Assembly: GCA_030606565.1 (NCBI GenBank)
Contig: JAUWGE010000005.1
Location: forward strand, 7,777-71,776
DNA: 64,000 bases
Reading direction: 5' to 3'
Source: Candidatus Bipolaricaulota bacterium
GTDB lineage: Bacteria; Bipolaricaulota; Bipolaricaulia; UBA7950; UBA9294
Position numbers and translations under genes: made by a program. The notes under the pieces were generated by a model. It saw only the letters and a list, made by a program, of their open reading frames with translations, had not been told where the DNA came from and searched no databases. Below are positions 22,451 to 32,385 of the stretch, piece after piece. Every line of letters begins with the position of its first letter. The first letter of the stretch is position 1.

Positions 22451-24076
22451 ATGCGCCTTGGCATCGCTCAGATCAACCCACATGTGGGGCACCTCGATCG
22501 AAACCTTGCGGTCATCCTGGCTCGCATCGATGAGGCTCACCGAAAAGGCTGTGACTTGGTTGTCTTCCCGGAGCTTTCTCTATGTGGGTATCTCCCATGC
22601 GATCTCTTGTGGCGATCCGGCTTTTTAGAGCGAATGGAGGAGGCGCTTCAAAAGATCGTGCGCGCCTCAAAGGGGATCGGGGTCATTGCCGGTGGTGTCT
22701 CCTCCAAGATCCACCGAGAGGGCGTAAACCTCTCCGATCCTTCGTCCCTCCTGGATGGAGCGGCCACTACTCTGTTCAATGCCGCGTTTCTCATCGAAGA
22801 CGGAAAGCTCCTCGGGCAGGAGGTCAAGCTTCTCCTTCCCTCGTTCGATGTGTATAGCGAGAAACGTTATTTCACCCCCGGCCCAGGAGCGCAGGTCTTC
22901 GACTTCCGCGGCACGCGACTGGGGATAAACATCTGCGAGGATTTTTGGGTGGACGACGGCCCGACCGATACTCAGGCAAGCCTGGGGGCGGAGTGGGTGA
23001 TCAACATCTCCGCGTCGCCTTTCTTCGCCGGCAAAGCCGCTATCCGTCGGAAGTTAGCAGCAAAAAGAGCGAGGGAGAACGGGATTACCTTCATCTACGT
23101 CAATTGCGTCGGCGGACAGGATGACATTGTATACGACGGAGGTAGCTTCATCATAAGTCCCGAGGGAAATCTCCTCTTCCAGGCTCCCTTCTTCACGGAA
23201 GGCCTGTTCGTCCTCGACCTAGAAGGGCTTGCTCGGGTTCCTCCGCCGTGCGAGGAGACAATCCCGCTTATCCACCGTGCGATCCTCCTTGGAATCCACG
23301 ACTATGTCCGCAAAAACGGATTCTCGCATGTAATTGTCGGCCTCTCCGGGGGAGTCGACTCCGCTCTGGTCGCTGCACTCGCTGTAGAAGCGCTTGGTCC
23401 TGATGCGGTCACCTGTGTCTTCCTCCCTAGTGAGATCACCTCGCAGGAGAGCCGCGAGGATGCCCTTGAGGTCGCTCGGCGCTTATCCATAGAGCTTCTT
23501 GAGATCCCCATTGAAGGGGTTCATGCTGCATATCGTAGCGTCCTTCCACATCCACCCACCGGGTTGACCGATGAGAATCTACAAGCCAGGACGCGGGGAG
23601 TACTCCTCATGGCGCTTGCCAATGAACGTAATGCACTCCTCCTCGCCCCGGGGAACAAATCGGAGATCGCTGTGGGATATAACACCCTGTATGGAGACAC
23701 AGTGGGGGCGCTTGCCCCAATCGCTGATTTGTACAAGACACAGGTCTATCAGCTTGCCGAGGCGATGGGGGATCGGATCCCAAAGAGAGTGGTAAAAAAG
23801 GCGCCCACCGCTGAACTGCGGCCGGGCCAACGCGACGAGGACGACCTTCCCCCCTACTCGGTTCTGGATGCCTTGCTTATTGAGTTAATCGAGAGGAACG
23901 CCTCGCGCGAAGAACTGATCGCGCATGGCTTTCCCAAAGAGACGGTTAAAGACGTTCTTACCCGCTATTACCGAAGCGAATATAAGCGCCGGCAGCTTCC
24001 CCCAGGAATCAAGGTCTCTCCTAAGGCCTTCGGCATCGGTCGGCGGATGCCGATCACCCACGCTTATCGCGACTAG
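22451..24076 (+). CDS. nadE: Glutamine-dependent NAD+ synthetase
   Basis: FPELSL, ICEDFW nitrilase domain; GLSGGVDS; ENLQAR; NKSE; PTAELRPGQ. Confidence 0.95.
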   Translation: MRLGIAQINPHVGHLDRNLAVILARIDEAHRKGCDLVVFPELSLCGYLPCDLLWRSGFLERMEEALQKIVRASKGIGVIAGGVSSKIHREGVNLSDPSSLLDGAATTLFNAAFLIEDGKLLGQEVKLLLPSFDVYSEKRYFTPGPGAQVFDFRGTRLGINICEDFWVDDGPTDTQASLGAEWVINISASPFFAGKAAIRRKLAAKRARENGITFIYVNCVGGQDDIVYDGGSFIISPEGNLLFQAPFFTEGLFVLDLEGLARVPPPCEETIPLIHRAILLGIHDYVRKNGFSHVIVGLSGGVDSALVAALAVEALGPDAVTCVFLPSEITSQESREDALEVARRLSIELLEIPIEGVHAAYRSVLPHPPTGLTDENLQARTRGVLLMALANERNALLLAPGNKSEIAVGYNTLYGDTVGALAPIADLYKTQVYQLAEAMGDRIPKRVVKKAPTAELRPGQRDEDDLPPYSVLDALLIELIERNASREELIAHGFPKETVKDVLTRYYRSEYKRRQLPPGIKVSPKAFGIGRRMPITHAYRD

Positions 24077-24093
24077 CTGATCCGGTAAGTAAG

Positions 24094-24123
24094 AAAAAAG
24101 GCCCCGGTCAAAGGACCGGGGCC
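24094..24123 (-). terminator. Intrinsic terminator of hsp20
   Basis: GGCCCCGGTC-AAAG-GACCGGGGCC with a T6 run following on the minus strand. Confidence 0.8.
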
Positions 24124-24139
24124 ATCATGTGTGGTACAA

Positions 24140-24592
24140 CTATTCGACCTTGATCTCGATCGGCTTCTCCTTCTCCTTGAGCGACTCCTTCATCGGAACC
24201 GTCACCTTGAGGATTCCATCCTCAAAGTGCGCCTTGATCGCGTTTTTCTCGACCATCGCACCCGGAAGCGGGAAACAGCGCTGGAATCTACCGTACCGGC
24301 GACCGATGCGGAAGTAGTTCTCCTCTTTGATCTCCTGTCTCCGCTTCGTCTCCCCGGAGACGACGAGCCTGTCATCCTCGACCTTGATCTCGATCTCCTC
24401 TTTCTTCATGCCAGGAAGCTCAGTCTCAAAGACAAGGTTTCGATCCTTCTCGTAGACGTCGGTCCGGCCAAAGCTCGGGGTGATGTCAAAACCGACTTTA
24501 TCAAAGTCGCGGAAGAACTCATCGACGAGCCGGGAGAGCCCGGTTCCCCAGAAGAATGGTTCACGCCTCAGTTCTGGAAGTCTCCTGATCAT
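24140..24592 (-). CDS. Hsp20/alpha-crystallin small heat shock protein
   Basis: TDVYE, ELPGMKKEEI, YGRFQRCFPLP, AHFEDGILKV. Confidence 0.93.
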   Translation of the reverse strand: MIRRLPELRREPFFWGTGLSRLVDEFFRDFDKVGFDITPSFGRTDVYEKDRNLVFETELPGMKKEEIEIKVEDDRLVVSGETKRRQEIKEENYFRIGRRYGRFQRCFPLPGAMVEKNAIKAHFEDGILKVTVPMKESLKEKEKPIEIKVE

Positions 24593-24618
24593 CCTAGTTT
24601 CCTCCTTTGATCTTCTTT

Positions 24619-24645
24619 TTAGCAGTCTCGCTGCCTGACTGCTAA
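24619..24645. promoter_or_regulatory. CIRCE element (HrcA operator), variant
   Basis: TTAGCAGTC-N9-GACTGCTAA versus consensus TTAGCACTC-N9-GAGTGCTAA. Confidence 0.85.
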
Positions 24646-24648
24646 TTT

Positions 24649-24677
24649 AGTATAACACCCTGGCTCACGCTTGTCAA
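24649..24677 (-). promoter_or_regulatory. sigma70-type promoter of hsp20
   Basis: Minus strand TTGACA-17 bp-TATACT immediately upstream of the CIRCE. Confidence 0.8.
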
Positions 24678-24705
24678 GATAAGAGGAGAACGATACACTA
24701 GAACC

Positions 24706-24918
24706 GTGTTAAAGAAAGGTTTTATCGCGTTTATCGTGCTTTACCAGAAAATTGCTTCGCCGCTGTTTCGACCGCGGTGTCGGTTCTATCCAACCTGTTC
24801 ACAGTACGGGGTGGAGGCGATCTCAAAGCACGGCCCGTTTAAGGGTGGGTACCTTGCACTGCGGCGGATCCTGCGCTGTCATCCGTTTCACCCCGGTGGA
24901 ATCGACCCGGTGCCGTAG
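24706..24918 (+). CDS. yidD: Membrane protein insertion efficiency factor
   Basis: [27 protein letters not shown]. Confidence 0.93.
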   Translation: MLKKGFIAFIVLYQKIASPLFRPRCRFYPTCSQYGVEAISKHGPFKGGYLALRRILRCHPFHPGGIDPVP

Positions 24919-24973
24919 ACTCCTTGGTTCTTACCCGTCCGATTGGCTCTCCTCCGACGGGTTTAGGACGTCG

Positions 24974-25222
24974 TCAGGGCTCAACATCTGTGCAATAGGC
25001 GATCTTCCTGTAGATCGGAATGATCAGCGCCTCGTCAACACCCAGAACCCCCTCCGCCTTGGCGTAGAGCTCCGTGCGCTTTTTCGGGTCGACCTCGGAG
25101 GCCACCTCCTCTACCAATTAGTCAAACTCTGCGTTCGATCACTCGATGAGGTTGCTCCCTTTCGTGCTGTGGAAGACCCCCTTCAGTTGTTCGCGTTAGG
25201 GAGATCCGCGCACCACCAATGA
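24974..25222 (-). pseudogene. Decayed C-terminal fragment of an OppA-type peptide-binding protein
   Basis: Hand translation WCADLPNANN*/VFHSTKGSNLIE*SNAEFD*LVEEVASEVDPKKRTELYAKAE..DEALIIPIY, with stops and a frameshift. Confidence 0.65.
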
Positions 25223-25428
25223 CTACTTGACGTAATGGTGGGCAGCGTAATGCCATCGGCGGAATGGAGTATCTGGTAGGCAATCTGCTATCTGTCGCCC
25301 AGTCACTTTGCCCTTTTTGGGGACGTTTTACACACAACTCTACGCTACCGCGGCCTTCCTTAAACCTCTTTGGTGCTCTGCAAAAACTCGCACCACTTCC
25401 TTCAATGCGCGGCCTGTTCGTCATCCCC

Positions 25429-25457
25429 TTGGCAAGCACCTGTAAAATCGCTATACT
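25429..25457 (+). promoter_or_regulatory. sigma70-type promoter of the HU gene
   Basis: TTGGCA-17 bp-TATACT. Confidence 0.55.
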
Positions 25458-25491
25458 GCTTTACATTCTCAAATTAAAGCGGGGGTACAAC

Positions 25492-25773
25492 ATGAACAAA
25501 GCGGAGTTGGTAGAGAAGCTTGCAAAGAAGACAGGCTTCACCAAAAAGGACGCTCGGAAAGCAGTAGACGGCTTGGTCGAAGTAATCACGAAGTCGCTCG
25601 CCGGAAGAAAACCCGTGATCATCACCGGGTTTGGAAAGTTTGAGACCCGGAGGCGAAAGGCAACAACGCGCATCAATCCGCAAACCGGGCAGAAGATGAG
25701 GGCTCCGGCAAAGACGGTCCCGGCCTTCAAAGCAGGCAAGAACCTCAAAGAGGCCGTCGCTAAAAAGAAGTAG
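25492..25773 (+). CDS. hup: HU family DNA-binding protein
   Basis: MNKAELVE, GFGKFE, RINPQTG, PAFKAGK. Confidence 0.93.
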   Translation: MNKAELVEKLAKKTGFTKKDARKAVDGLVEVITKSLAGRKPVIITGFGKFETRRRKATTRINPQTGQKMRAPAKTVPAFKAGKNLKEAVAKKK

Positions 25774-25827
25774 TAAACGCCTCCAAACGCGACGCCTTTA
25801 CCGTTTGGCCGGCCAACTACGAACTCC

Positions 25828-25860
25828 AGGGGGAAGACCTGTTCTTCCCCCTACATTTTC
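25828..25860 (+). terminator. Intrinsic terminator-like hairpin after hup
   Basis: AGGGGGAAGA-CCTGT-TCTTCCCCCT followed by ACATTTTC. Confidence 0.6.
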
Positions 25861-26061
25861 TGTTAATGGAGAAGAGAGTTGTCATACTCTCACCTTCTCG
25901 CTTGCCTTAAAGAGATGTCTCATTCCTTGAACTAAGCAAGCTGGGCATGATCAAGGTCTTGCGCCGCCGATCCACCACCTGACCATAACAACTCCTAAAC
26001 GTAGCAAGACACGACAGCAACGGGCACGCGTAGGGACTCTAATCAGAACAATGCGGTACAC

Positions 26062-27231
26062 CTAAATAGACTCGAACTCTTCCTTCATCCGCTTCACTAG
26101 ATCGGGATCGGTGAACAGATCTATCGCGGTCATCGCCATCGCTTTGGCGGCGATGAGCATCACCTTTTGCCCACGCTTAGATGCTGAGGCTGAAGCGAAC
26201 TCGCGTGAGTGGCCGGCAACCTCCTCAGAGCAGATCTGGATGTAGGCGTGGATCGCAGGGACGGCGTGGCTGATGTCTCCCATGTCGGTTGAACCGAGTC
26301 CGGCCTCTGGTAGAGGCGGATTGAGCGGTTCACCCAGTGTCTCCAGATTTCGCGTGAACGCCTCTCCCATAATACGATTTGGTTTCATCGCATTGTAGGC
26401 AAGCCCCACTGTCTCGAAGGAGAGGGTCGCTCCAGTGGCAAGCGCTGCTCCTTGAGCGCAGCGGCGAAGCTTCTCCAGGAGTTCGTCGCGGTAGTCGTTC
26501 TCTTTCGCACGCACGTAGAAGCAGGCTGCGGCGTGCTCGGGGACGATGTTCGGCTTGGCACCACCGTCGGTGATAATCCCGTGAATACGTGCACCATCCT
26601 TTATGTGCTGGCGCAGGGCATTTACCCCGTTGAACGTCTGGAGCACCGCGTCAAGGGCGTTTATCCCCTTCTCCGGCGAGCCCGAGGCGTGAGACGCCTT
26701 CCCGGTGAACTCGATCGCCACTTCCGTGACTGCCAGGCTCCCGCGATCGACCACGGTGTGGGAGGAGGGGTGGAACATCATCGCTGCATCGACCCCGTCA
26801 AAAAGCCTTGCCTCGACCATCTTCACCTTCCCCCCACCCCCTTCCTCGCCCGGGGTCCCGAAGAATACGAGCTTTCCAGGAAGGTCGGACTTGACCTGAC
26901 CCAAGGCAAGACAGGCGCCAAGGGCGGAGGCCGCGATCAAGTTATGCCCGCAGGCGTGCCCGATCTCCGGTAGAGCATCGTACTCACCGAGGATTGCCAC
27001 CGTTGGTCCGTCACTCGTTGCTGAGCAGGTCGCCTGGATCGCCGTGTCCAAGCCGGCCACGCCAAGCTCAACTGAAAAGCCCTCTTTCTTCAGTTCGTCG
27101 GCGAGAAGGCGCGAGGCTCTGTACTCCTCGAACTTCAGTTCGGGATAGTCGTAGATCTCTTTGCTAATTGCGAGCAAGCGTGCTTCGATTTCATCAACGT
27201 GGGCACAGACCTTCTCCTTCCAGACGTTCAT
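26062..27231 (-). CDS. M20 family amidohydrolase (Acy1L2-like)
   Basis: EYDALPEIGHACGHN, GTPGEEGGGGK, GSTDMGDIS. Confidence 0.92.
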   Translation of the reverse strand: MNVWKEKVCAHVDEIEARLLAISKEIYDYPELKFEEYRASRLLADELKKEGFSVELGVAGLDTAIQATCSATSDGPTVAILGEYDALPEIGHACGHNLIAASALGACLALGQVKSDLPGKLVFFGTPGEEGGGGKVKMVEARLFDGVDAAMMFHPSSHTVVDRGSLAVTEVAIEFTGKASHASGSPEKGINALDAVLQTFNGVNALRQHIKDGARIHGIITDGGAKPNIVPEHAAACFYVRAKENDYRDELLEKLRRCAQGAALATGATLSFETVGLAYNAMKPNRIMGEAFTRNLETLGEPLNPPLPEAGLGSTDMGDISHAVPAIHAYIQICSEEVAGHSREFASASASKRGQKVMLIAAKAMAMTAIDLFTDPDLVKRMKEEFESI

Positions 27232-27492
27232 CCAGCCTCCTTTAGGAAAACGCAGTCCACAATATCAGCGAGTTTTTTCTTCGTTCCCCTGTGGATGATA
27301 GTGGGTTGAGAAAAGAGTTCCAACCAGGGGTGGACTGGAAGAAACCAGGTACTTGCCTTGGCGGCCTCTGCTTAACGATCACCCGGTCAATGAAGCGGCC
27401 ATAAAGCTTCAGCCAATGAGTATCATACCTTCCGTACCCAATCGCTCTGAAAGTTCAAGTCCCTCCAGGCGTAGAAGAACCGGGGCGGGCTC

Positions 27493-27667
27493 TCACTTGC
27501 ACTGACTATACACCTCAGCAAAGCATCCGAACCAGTCATCGAATAGCTGCTTCGGGAATTCCGGCCCCTTCACCTTCCGGCGTCGCCGTGAACGAGGAAT
27601 GTACACGATGAGCGTGTCCGAGCCCTTTACTCTGGCATCCTTCTTTCCTTTGTTGCTGGTGGTCATC
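27493..27667 (-). pseudogene. Short ORF or decayed hypothetical gene
   Basis: AAGGAGGT RBS; MTTSNKGKKDARVKGSDTLIVYIPRS...CK*; protein-like text continues in another frame; ends approximate. Confidence 0.3.
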
Positions 27668-27756
27668 AAACTACCTCCTTTATGGAGATGGTGACCGGTT
27701 ACATTTGCGTTACTAATACGACCGCTTTCGCTATGTGGCTGATCTGACCTACGGAG

Positions 27757-27785
27757 TTGACACTGACCGCCGAACCCGCTATTCT
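27757..27785 (+). promoter_or_regulatory. sigma70-type promoter of the RHH-DUF2971 unit
   Basis: TTGACA-17 bp-TATTCT. Confidence 0.65.
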
Positions 27786-27806
27786 CCGAGAAGAGGTGAG
27801 AAGCCC

Positions 27807-27944
27807 ATGGCTCGGGAGGAGCTGCTGGGCAAGCAGTCCCTACAGTCTGTGGAACGGCTGCTCAAGCTCGGCCAGGAGTGCGACCGCTCATTGGTCGTAG
27901 AGGCGATCCTGGAGTACTTGGAGAGGGAGGAGAGGAAGGAATGA
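27807..27944 (+). CDS. Small ribbon-helix-helix-like protein (possibly degenerate)
   Basis: GAGGTG RBS; ERLLKLGQECDRSLVVEAILEYLERE two-helix pattern. Confidence 0.5.
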   Translation: MAREELLGKQSLQSVERLLKLGQECDRSLVVEAILEYLEREERKE

Positions 27945-27995
27945 GAAAGGTGCTGGTGGTCTGTGTTCTGGCATGCACTGGAGGAACAACCTTCA

Positions 27996-29030
27996 ATGTC
28001 TAACGCGAATAAGAACCCTGAATGGGTAGTCGAGTATCTTAAGTACTTGCTCCCGTCCACACCTGAAGATCTCAATATCAGCGGAGCGCAACTCTTGAAG
28101 CTGGCCAACTTACCTTCTTCACTCTTCCACTACAGATGCTTCCCACCCGTAGACAAGGAAGACGAAGAGAGTGAAGAGAAGAGGAAGAAAATCCTGAAGG
28201 AACTGAAGACAGGACAGATCTGGTTGACCTCTCCCGACGAGTTCAATGATCCATATGACTCTGCATTTGCAGTGAAAATAAAGAAACTTTTAGATGAGTG
28301 TGTACCGGTTGTTGTCGACAGATTGGTGGAGGAGCACAATCTGAAACAGCACCTGACAGCCGATGAGATAGCACTCCTACAGGGATCAGAGAACCCGCTG
28401 CACAAACTCGGGACACTCCTTCTCTCGAAGGATTCCTCGCTATCGAAAGAGAAGATCGAAGGATTCCTTGACCATATGGAAGCGCGCTTTGCAGAGCAGC
28501 AGAAAAGTGTGCTCGAAGACATGGGGTTCAACATGCGCAGAGGGCTCCGGGTGTGCTCGTTCAGTGCAAACAACAGATCGTTGCTTATGTGGAGTCACTA
28601 CTCTGATATGCATCGTGGTCTCTGCATTGAGTACGATGTGTCTTCTCTTCCCCCGAATGATGCACGCCGCTATGCGTTGTGCCCGGTGATCTACACTGAG
28701 AGACTCTTCGACGCAGGTGAGTACTTCCGTGATGCCATGCAAAGGCGGGATTTCAACAACCTTTGGCTAACCATCGCATGTGCGCACAAGGCACCTGAAT
28801 GGTCATATGAAAAAGAGTGGAGACTCATCCTGCCTCTTGGGCCGAACGAGGAGAGCAGGGTCCCGGTGCTGATGCCGATCAAGGCTATCTATCTTGGTTC
28901 ATGCATGAAGACAGGAACCGAGGAGACCATAAGGAAAGTAGGCAACGAGTTAGGAATACCTCTCTACAGAATGCGTCTGGCGAAGGACACTTTCAGATTG
29001 GACGTAGAACCCGTAGATAGCAATGTTTGA
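27996..29030 (+). CDS. DUF2971 domain-containing protein
   Basis: LFHYR, FNDPYD, VCSFS..N.SLLMWSHY...H.GLCIEYD, KAPEWSYEKEWR, IYLG. Confidence 0.85.
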   Translation: MSNANKNPEWVVEYLKYLLPSTPEDLNISGAQLLKLANLPSSLFHYRCFPPVDKEDEESEEKRKKILKELKTGQIWLTSPDEFNDPYDSAFAVKIKKLLDECVPVVVDRLVEEHNLKQHLTADEIALLQGSENPLHKLGTLLLSKDSSLSKEKIEGFLDHMEARFAEQQKSVLEDMGFNMRRGLRVCSFSANNRSLLMWSHYSDMHRGLCIEYDVSSLPPNDARRYALCPVIYTERLFDAGEYFRDAMQRRDFNNLWLTIACAHKAPEWSYEKEWRLILPLGPNEESRVPVLMPIKAIYLGSCMKTGTEETIRKVGNELGIPLYRMRLAKDTFRLDVEPVDSNV

Positions 29031-29114
29031 CTTCGGGATATACTCAAAGTCAGAATCTGCGTTCTGATATTCATTCTCCACGAGACGTGTCGGGTTTTGG
29101 TAATCGCTGTAAGC

Positions 29115-29202
29115 ACCCCTCAGTTTGAAATTCGTCCAGCAAACTGGACGAGCCCCCCATCTCTTAGGCTGTTCGCGATAGACCTTTGGGACGGTCTTGA
29201 AC
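29115..29202. repeat. About 90-bp palindromic att-like element, copy A
   Basis: AGTTTGAAATTCGTCCAGCAA...AGACCTTTGGGACGGTCTTGAAC; aligns with 30571-30668. Confidence 0.7.
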
Positions 29203-29284
29203 CATCCAACACTTTCGTTTGCACTTGCCAGGTAGCCTGCGCATCAGCCTCACATGATTTGGTAGCGATCGATTAGTGTTAGTC

Positions 29285-30325
29285 TTAGAAATCCCACCGT
29301 AGGCCAAAGTGCCAGGTCTGGCCAACTCCTATCCACCAACCCGTACCAGCAAAGGTAGATACCGGAAGGCCAAGGAGCTGGTAGAAGGAGAGATCGATAC
29401 CCCCCAACGCCTCAAATCCCGAAAGAGCAATTCCCCCTACCGTAACACCGAGAAGGCCTGCACCGATGTAAAAGCCGAGCGTATCATCCAGGATTCTCAT
29501 GATGTATTTGCCGTGTCCTTCAAACACCATTGCACCACTACTGAAGCCCACCCCTCCCTCGACGCCGATGCTGCCCCATTTAGCCATCACAAAAAGAAGA
29601 GGGGCAGAACCAATAAACTTCGCACCAATTCCAAAGCCTGCTTGGCCCACAGGCGCTACAGGTTTTGGAGAGAATGTCATGCTAGCAATGTCAGTACGGT
29701 TGACCGCCACACCGCCAAACTTCGTTTCCAGCTCGACGGCCTGTGGCAGGTTGCTGATGATCGTTCCCTGGTACGTCCGTTCCGTGGTCTCAATGCTGGA
29801 AGGGTCGCCAAACTTAAGCGTGATAATGCTATTGGTGAAGACGCTTGACGTTATGCCTCCAACGTCGATGCTAATCTTCTCCGGGAAAGAGGCCGTTAGT
29901 GTTCCCTTATATGTGCGTCCGTCCAAAAGGTAAACGCTGTTTGCGTACATTGGGCTCTCCGACTGCTTATATGGGAAGCGAAGCCTGCGAATCTGGTCGG
30001 GAGCAACCTCAGTTTCACCCGAACTCGTGCGAATTGTGATTGTTCCAATACTCGACAGTAAACGATCCTCGAAAGTCTCACCGGTGATGGTGGTTACCCG
30101 GACAACCGCAGATCCTTCCGTGAAGGACATGTCGAGAGCAGCTTGCCTGCGAATGCTGACGGAAACGCCATTGTCATCTAGTGAAAGAACATCAGGAATT
30201 CCCGCGATGATCGTTCCTTCAAACAGACGCCCATCCCAGGTTTCAACGCTGTCAGCAAGAGCTGGCGCAACAAACAAGAGAAGCGTCAAGAGACCCATCA
30301 CAATGATGCTGGCTATAGTTTTCAT
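29285..30325 (-). CDS. Exported protein with repeated small beta-rich domains and a possible C-terminal beta-barrel
   Basis: AGGAGG RBS; signal peptide (ALA); repeated DGRxxxGT motifs; C-terminus WHFGLRWDF. Confidence 0.7.
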   Translation of the reverse strand: MKTIASIIVMGLLTLLLFVAPALADSVETWDGRLFEGTIIAGIPDVLSLDDNGVSVSIRRQAALDMSFTEGSAVVRVTTITGETFEDRLLSSIGTITIRTSSGETEVAPDQIRRLRFPYKQSESPMYANSVYLLDGRTYKGTLTASFPEKISIDVGGITSSVFTNSIITLKFGDPSSIETTERTYQGTIISNLPQAVELETKFGGVAVNRTDIASMTFSPKPVAPVGQAGFGIGAKFIGSAPLLFVMAKWGSIGVEGGVGFSSGAMVFEGHGKYIMRILDDTLGFYIGAGLLGVTVGGIALSGFEALGGIDLSFYQLLGLPVSTFAGTGWWIGVGQTWHFGLRWDF

Positions 30326-30570
30326 GTTTCCTCCTAACTAGAATTTTGGCCCTACCCAAAAATATATGCTAAATGGCCTCCACCCACAAGCGGCGGATCA
30401 ATGTACCCGCCCCCCTCCTCTCTATCGCCGTGTTCTGTTCCTTCTAGAGGGCGTTTTCTTTCGCTGGGGACTGATACTCGCAGATTGATCATAACCTCTT
30501 GCTATCGCCTACCTCTCTCCCTTGGAATTACTTCAGGCGTAACGCCAAGTTCTATCCGATTTGGAGGGTG

Positions 30571-30668
30571 ACCCCTCTAGTCTAAAACTCGTCCAGCAAG
30601 GTGTAAAGATCCCCAATTACCCTTCTCTTGGGCTGTCTGTGATAGACCTTCCGGGACGGGTTTGAACT
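30571..30668. repeat. About 95-bp palindromic att-like element, copy B
   Basis: AGTCTAAAACTCGTCCAGCAAGGTGT...AGACCTTCCGGGACGGGTTTGAACT (inverted arms). Confidence 0.7.
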
Positions 30669-30826
30669 CCACAGAGCCCCGGCAGTTGTGCTACACTAAC
30701 TTTAAAAGTGGACCGACTAGGTGGGGAAGGTAAACTGTAATTGGAAAGTCTTGTACTCCTGCCATGAGAAAGGTATAGTCTGGAAAAGATGTAAGACGAA
30801 ACACAATATGCTGAATTAGAGGAGAG

Positions 30827-31285
30827 ATGCCTGAGCCCATAGTGTCTTTCAAGGGGAGAAACGGCCGTTTGGAGCTTTACGAGGACTACGTACGCATCGA
30901 TCGAGGAACAGTTATGGGATTCCTACTGCAGGGACTGAAGGGCCAGAAGGACATCTACTTCGACAGCATCACGTCAATCCAGGTTAAGAAGCCGGGGATG
31001 ATGGTTGGTTTTATTCAGTTCTCGATCCCAGGAGGCATCGAGTCCAAGAAGGGAGTGTTCTCATCACTCGAAGATGAGAACACGGTATCCTTCGCCGATA
31101 TGGATTGCTATGAAAAGGCACTCCATGTAAAGGAACACATTGAAAGATGTCGCAGTAGGTCCCGAACCACAGGGCCACAGTTTTCGGTAGCGGAAGAACT
31201 TGAGAAACTGACCGCGCTGAAAAAGAAAGGCGTGCTAACTGCAGAGGAATTCAAGTCCATGAAGCGACGGCTTCTTGGCCAGTAG
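30827..31285 (+). CDS. SHOCT domain-containing protein (DUF4429-like N-terminus)
   Basis: ITSIQVKKPG..VGFIQFS; SVAEELEKLTALKKKGVLTAEEFKSMKRRLL. Confidence 0.8.
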   Translation: MPEPIVSFKGRNGRLELYEDYVRIDRGTVMGFLLQGLKGQKDIYFDSITSIQVKKPGMMVGFIQFSIPGGIESKKGVFSSLEDENTVSFADMDCYEKALHVKEHIERCRSRSRTTGPQFSVAEELEKLTALKKKGVLTAEEFKSMKRRLLGQ

Positions 31286-31374
31286 CGTGGAATGTCAGTA
31301 CGGTGCCAAGCAGCGGAGCTAGTTCAGACAAGACCCTCACGATTCGTCCTCACAGCAGTCTGGGCAACCAACCT

Positions 31375-31644
31375 CTACTGCTGCTCCGGCAAGGGCTCAA
31401 CACAGCGAACCTCAACGCGCCAATAAGCTGCGCCATGTTCTTCTACTAGTGGATCAATCGAACGTTGGTCATAGCCTATAGGCAGTCGCTCATCTGCGGG
31501 AATTTCACTCAGGGGCTTCCCGCATACGGGGCACTTGGAGACGGTTCGTCGCTTTGGATCAAGCGCGACGATCGTCCGACAATCAGTGTCATAACAAGAT
31601 AGGAACTGCATATAATCCTCCTTCGGCGCATCTAACTTGTTCAC
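31375..31644 (-). CDS. Gene-cassette ORF: small Cys-containing hypothetical protein
   Basis: GGAAGGA RBS-like sequence; CYDTDC and CPVC; starts just after an attC. Confidence 0.55.
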   Translation of the reverse strand: MNKLDAPKEDYMQFLSCYDTDCRTIVALDPKRRTVSKCPVCGKPLSEIPADERLPIGYDQRSIDPLVEEHGAAYWRVEVRCVEPLPEQQ

Positions 31645-31669
31645 GATATATCCTTCCTACGCTTCCGTC

Positions 31670-31796
31670 GCCCAATGAGCGCATCAGCCGCACCGCATGT
31701 GCGACGTAAATGCCCTCAATGCAGAGTCAATTCCAAACGTGCAATCCAATCGCCTACCAGCCGCAAAGCGATGTCGGCTGCATGCGCTTGTTCTGC
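31670..31796 (-). mobile_element. Integron attC site (nitroreductase cassette)
   Basis: Minus strand GCAGAAC-AAGCGCATGCAGCCGAC...GCGGCTGATGCGCTC-ATTGGGC; extrahelical base in the L arm; R' reads ATT rather than GTT. Confidence 0.8.
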
Positions 31797-31857
31797 AGAC
31801 CTACTAGTGGGACCGTGATAGAACGCTGTTTTCACGGGAGCAGCTCGCCTCTTGTCG

Positions 31858-32369
31858 CTACCACCGCTCGTACTTTACGATCTTTTCGAGGGGAAGACGA
31901 GATTTCTCCATCAGCGCTGGGTCCTGTGGATAGCCTACAGGCAACAGTGCCACAACACGAATCTGTGATGGAATGCCGAGGATCTCTTTGATTTGTCCCT
32001 CGTCGAACGCACCAATCCAGCACGTGCCCAACCCTTCGGCCGGTGCGCAAAGGGCGGATGATCAATAGCGATGGCGACGTCTATAGGATAGCACGGTTGC
32101 CCACAGGCCATCACATGACCGTCGGTCTCCGCGCAACAGGCGATAACTACGGGGGCCTCACCAACAAACTTCTGCCCGCTGGCAACGCGGGCCAGTCGCT
32201 TTCGCATTTCTGGATTACGCACAACAACAAACCGCCATTCCTGCCGGTTGCTGGCCGACGGCGCCAGCCGTGCCGCTTCAAGTAACCGTGAAATGACATT
32301 ATCTGGCACTTCTCTGTCCCGAAAAGCACGTACGCTTTTGCGCGTAGAGATTGATGTGTATACATCCAT
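31858..32369 (-). pseudogene. Gene cassette: nitroreductase family protein with a 1-bp frameshift
   Basis: RKSVRAF, APSASNRQEW; after IAIDH the alternative frame gives ALCAPAEGLGTCWIGAFDE...VGYP...YERW*. Confidence 0.85.
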
Positions 32370-32385
32370 TCAATACCTCCTTTCT

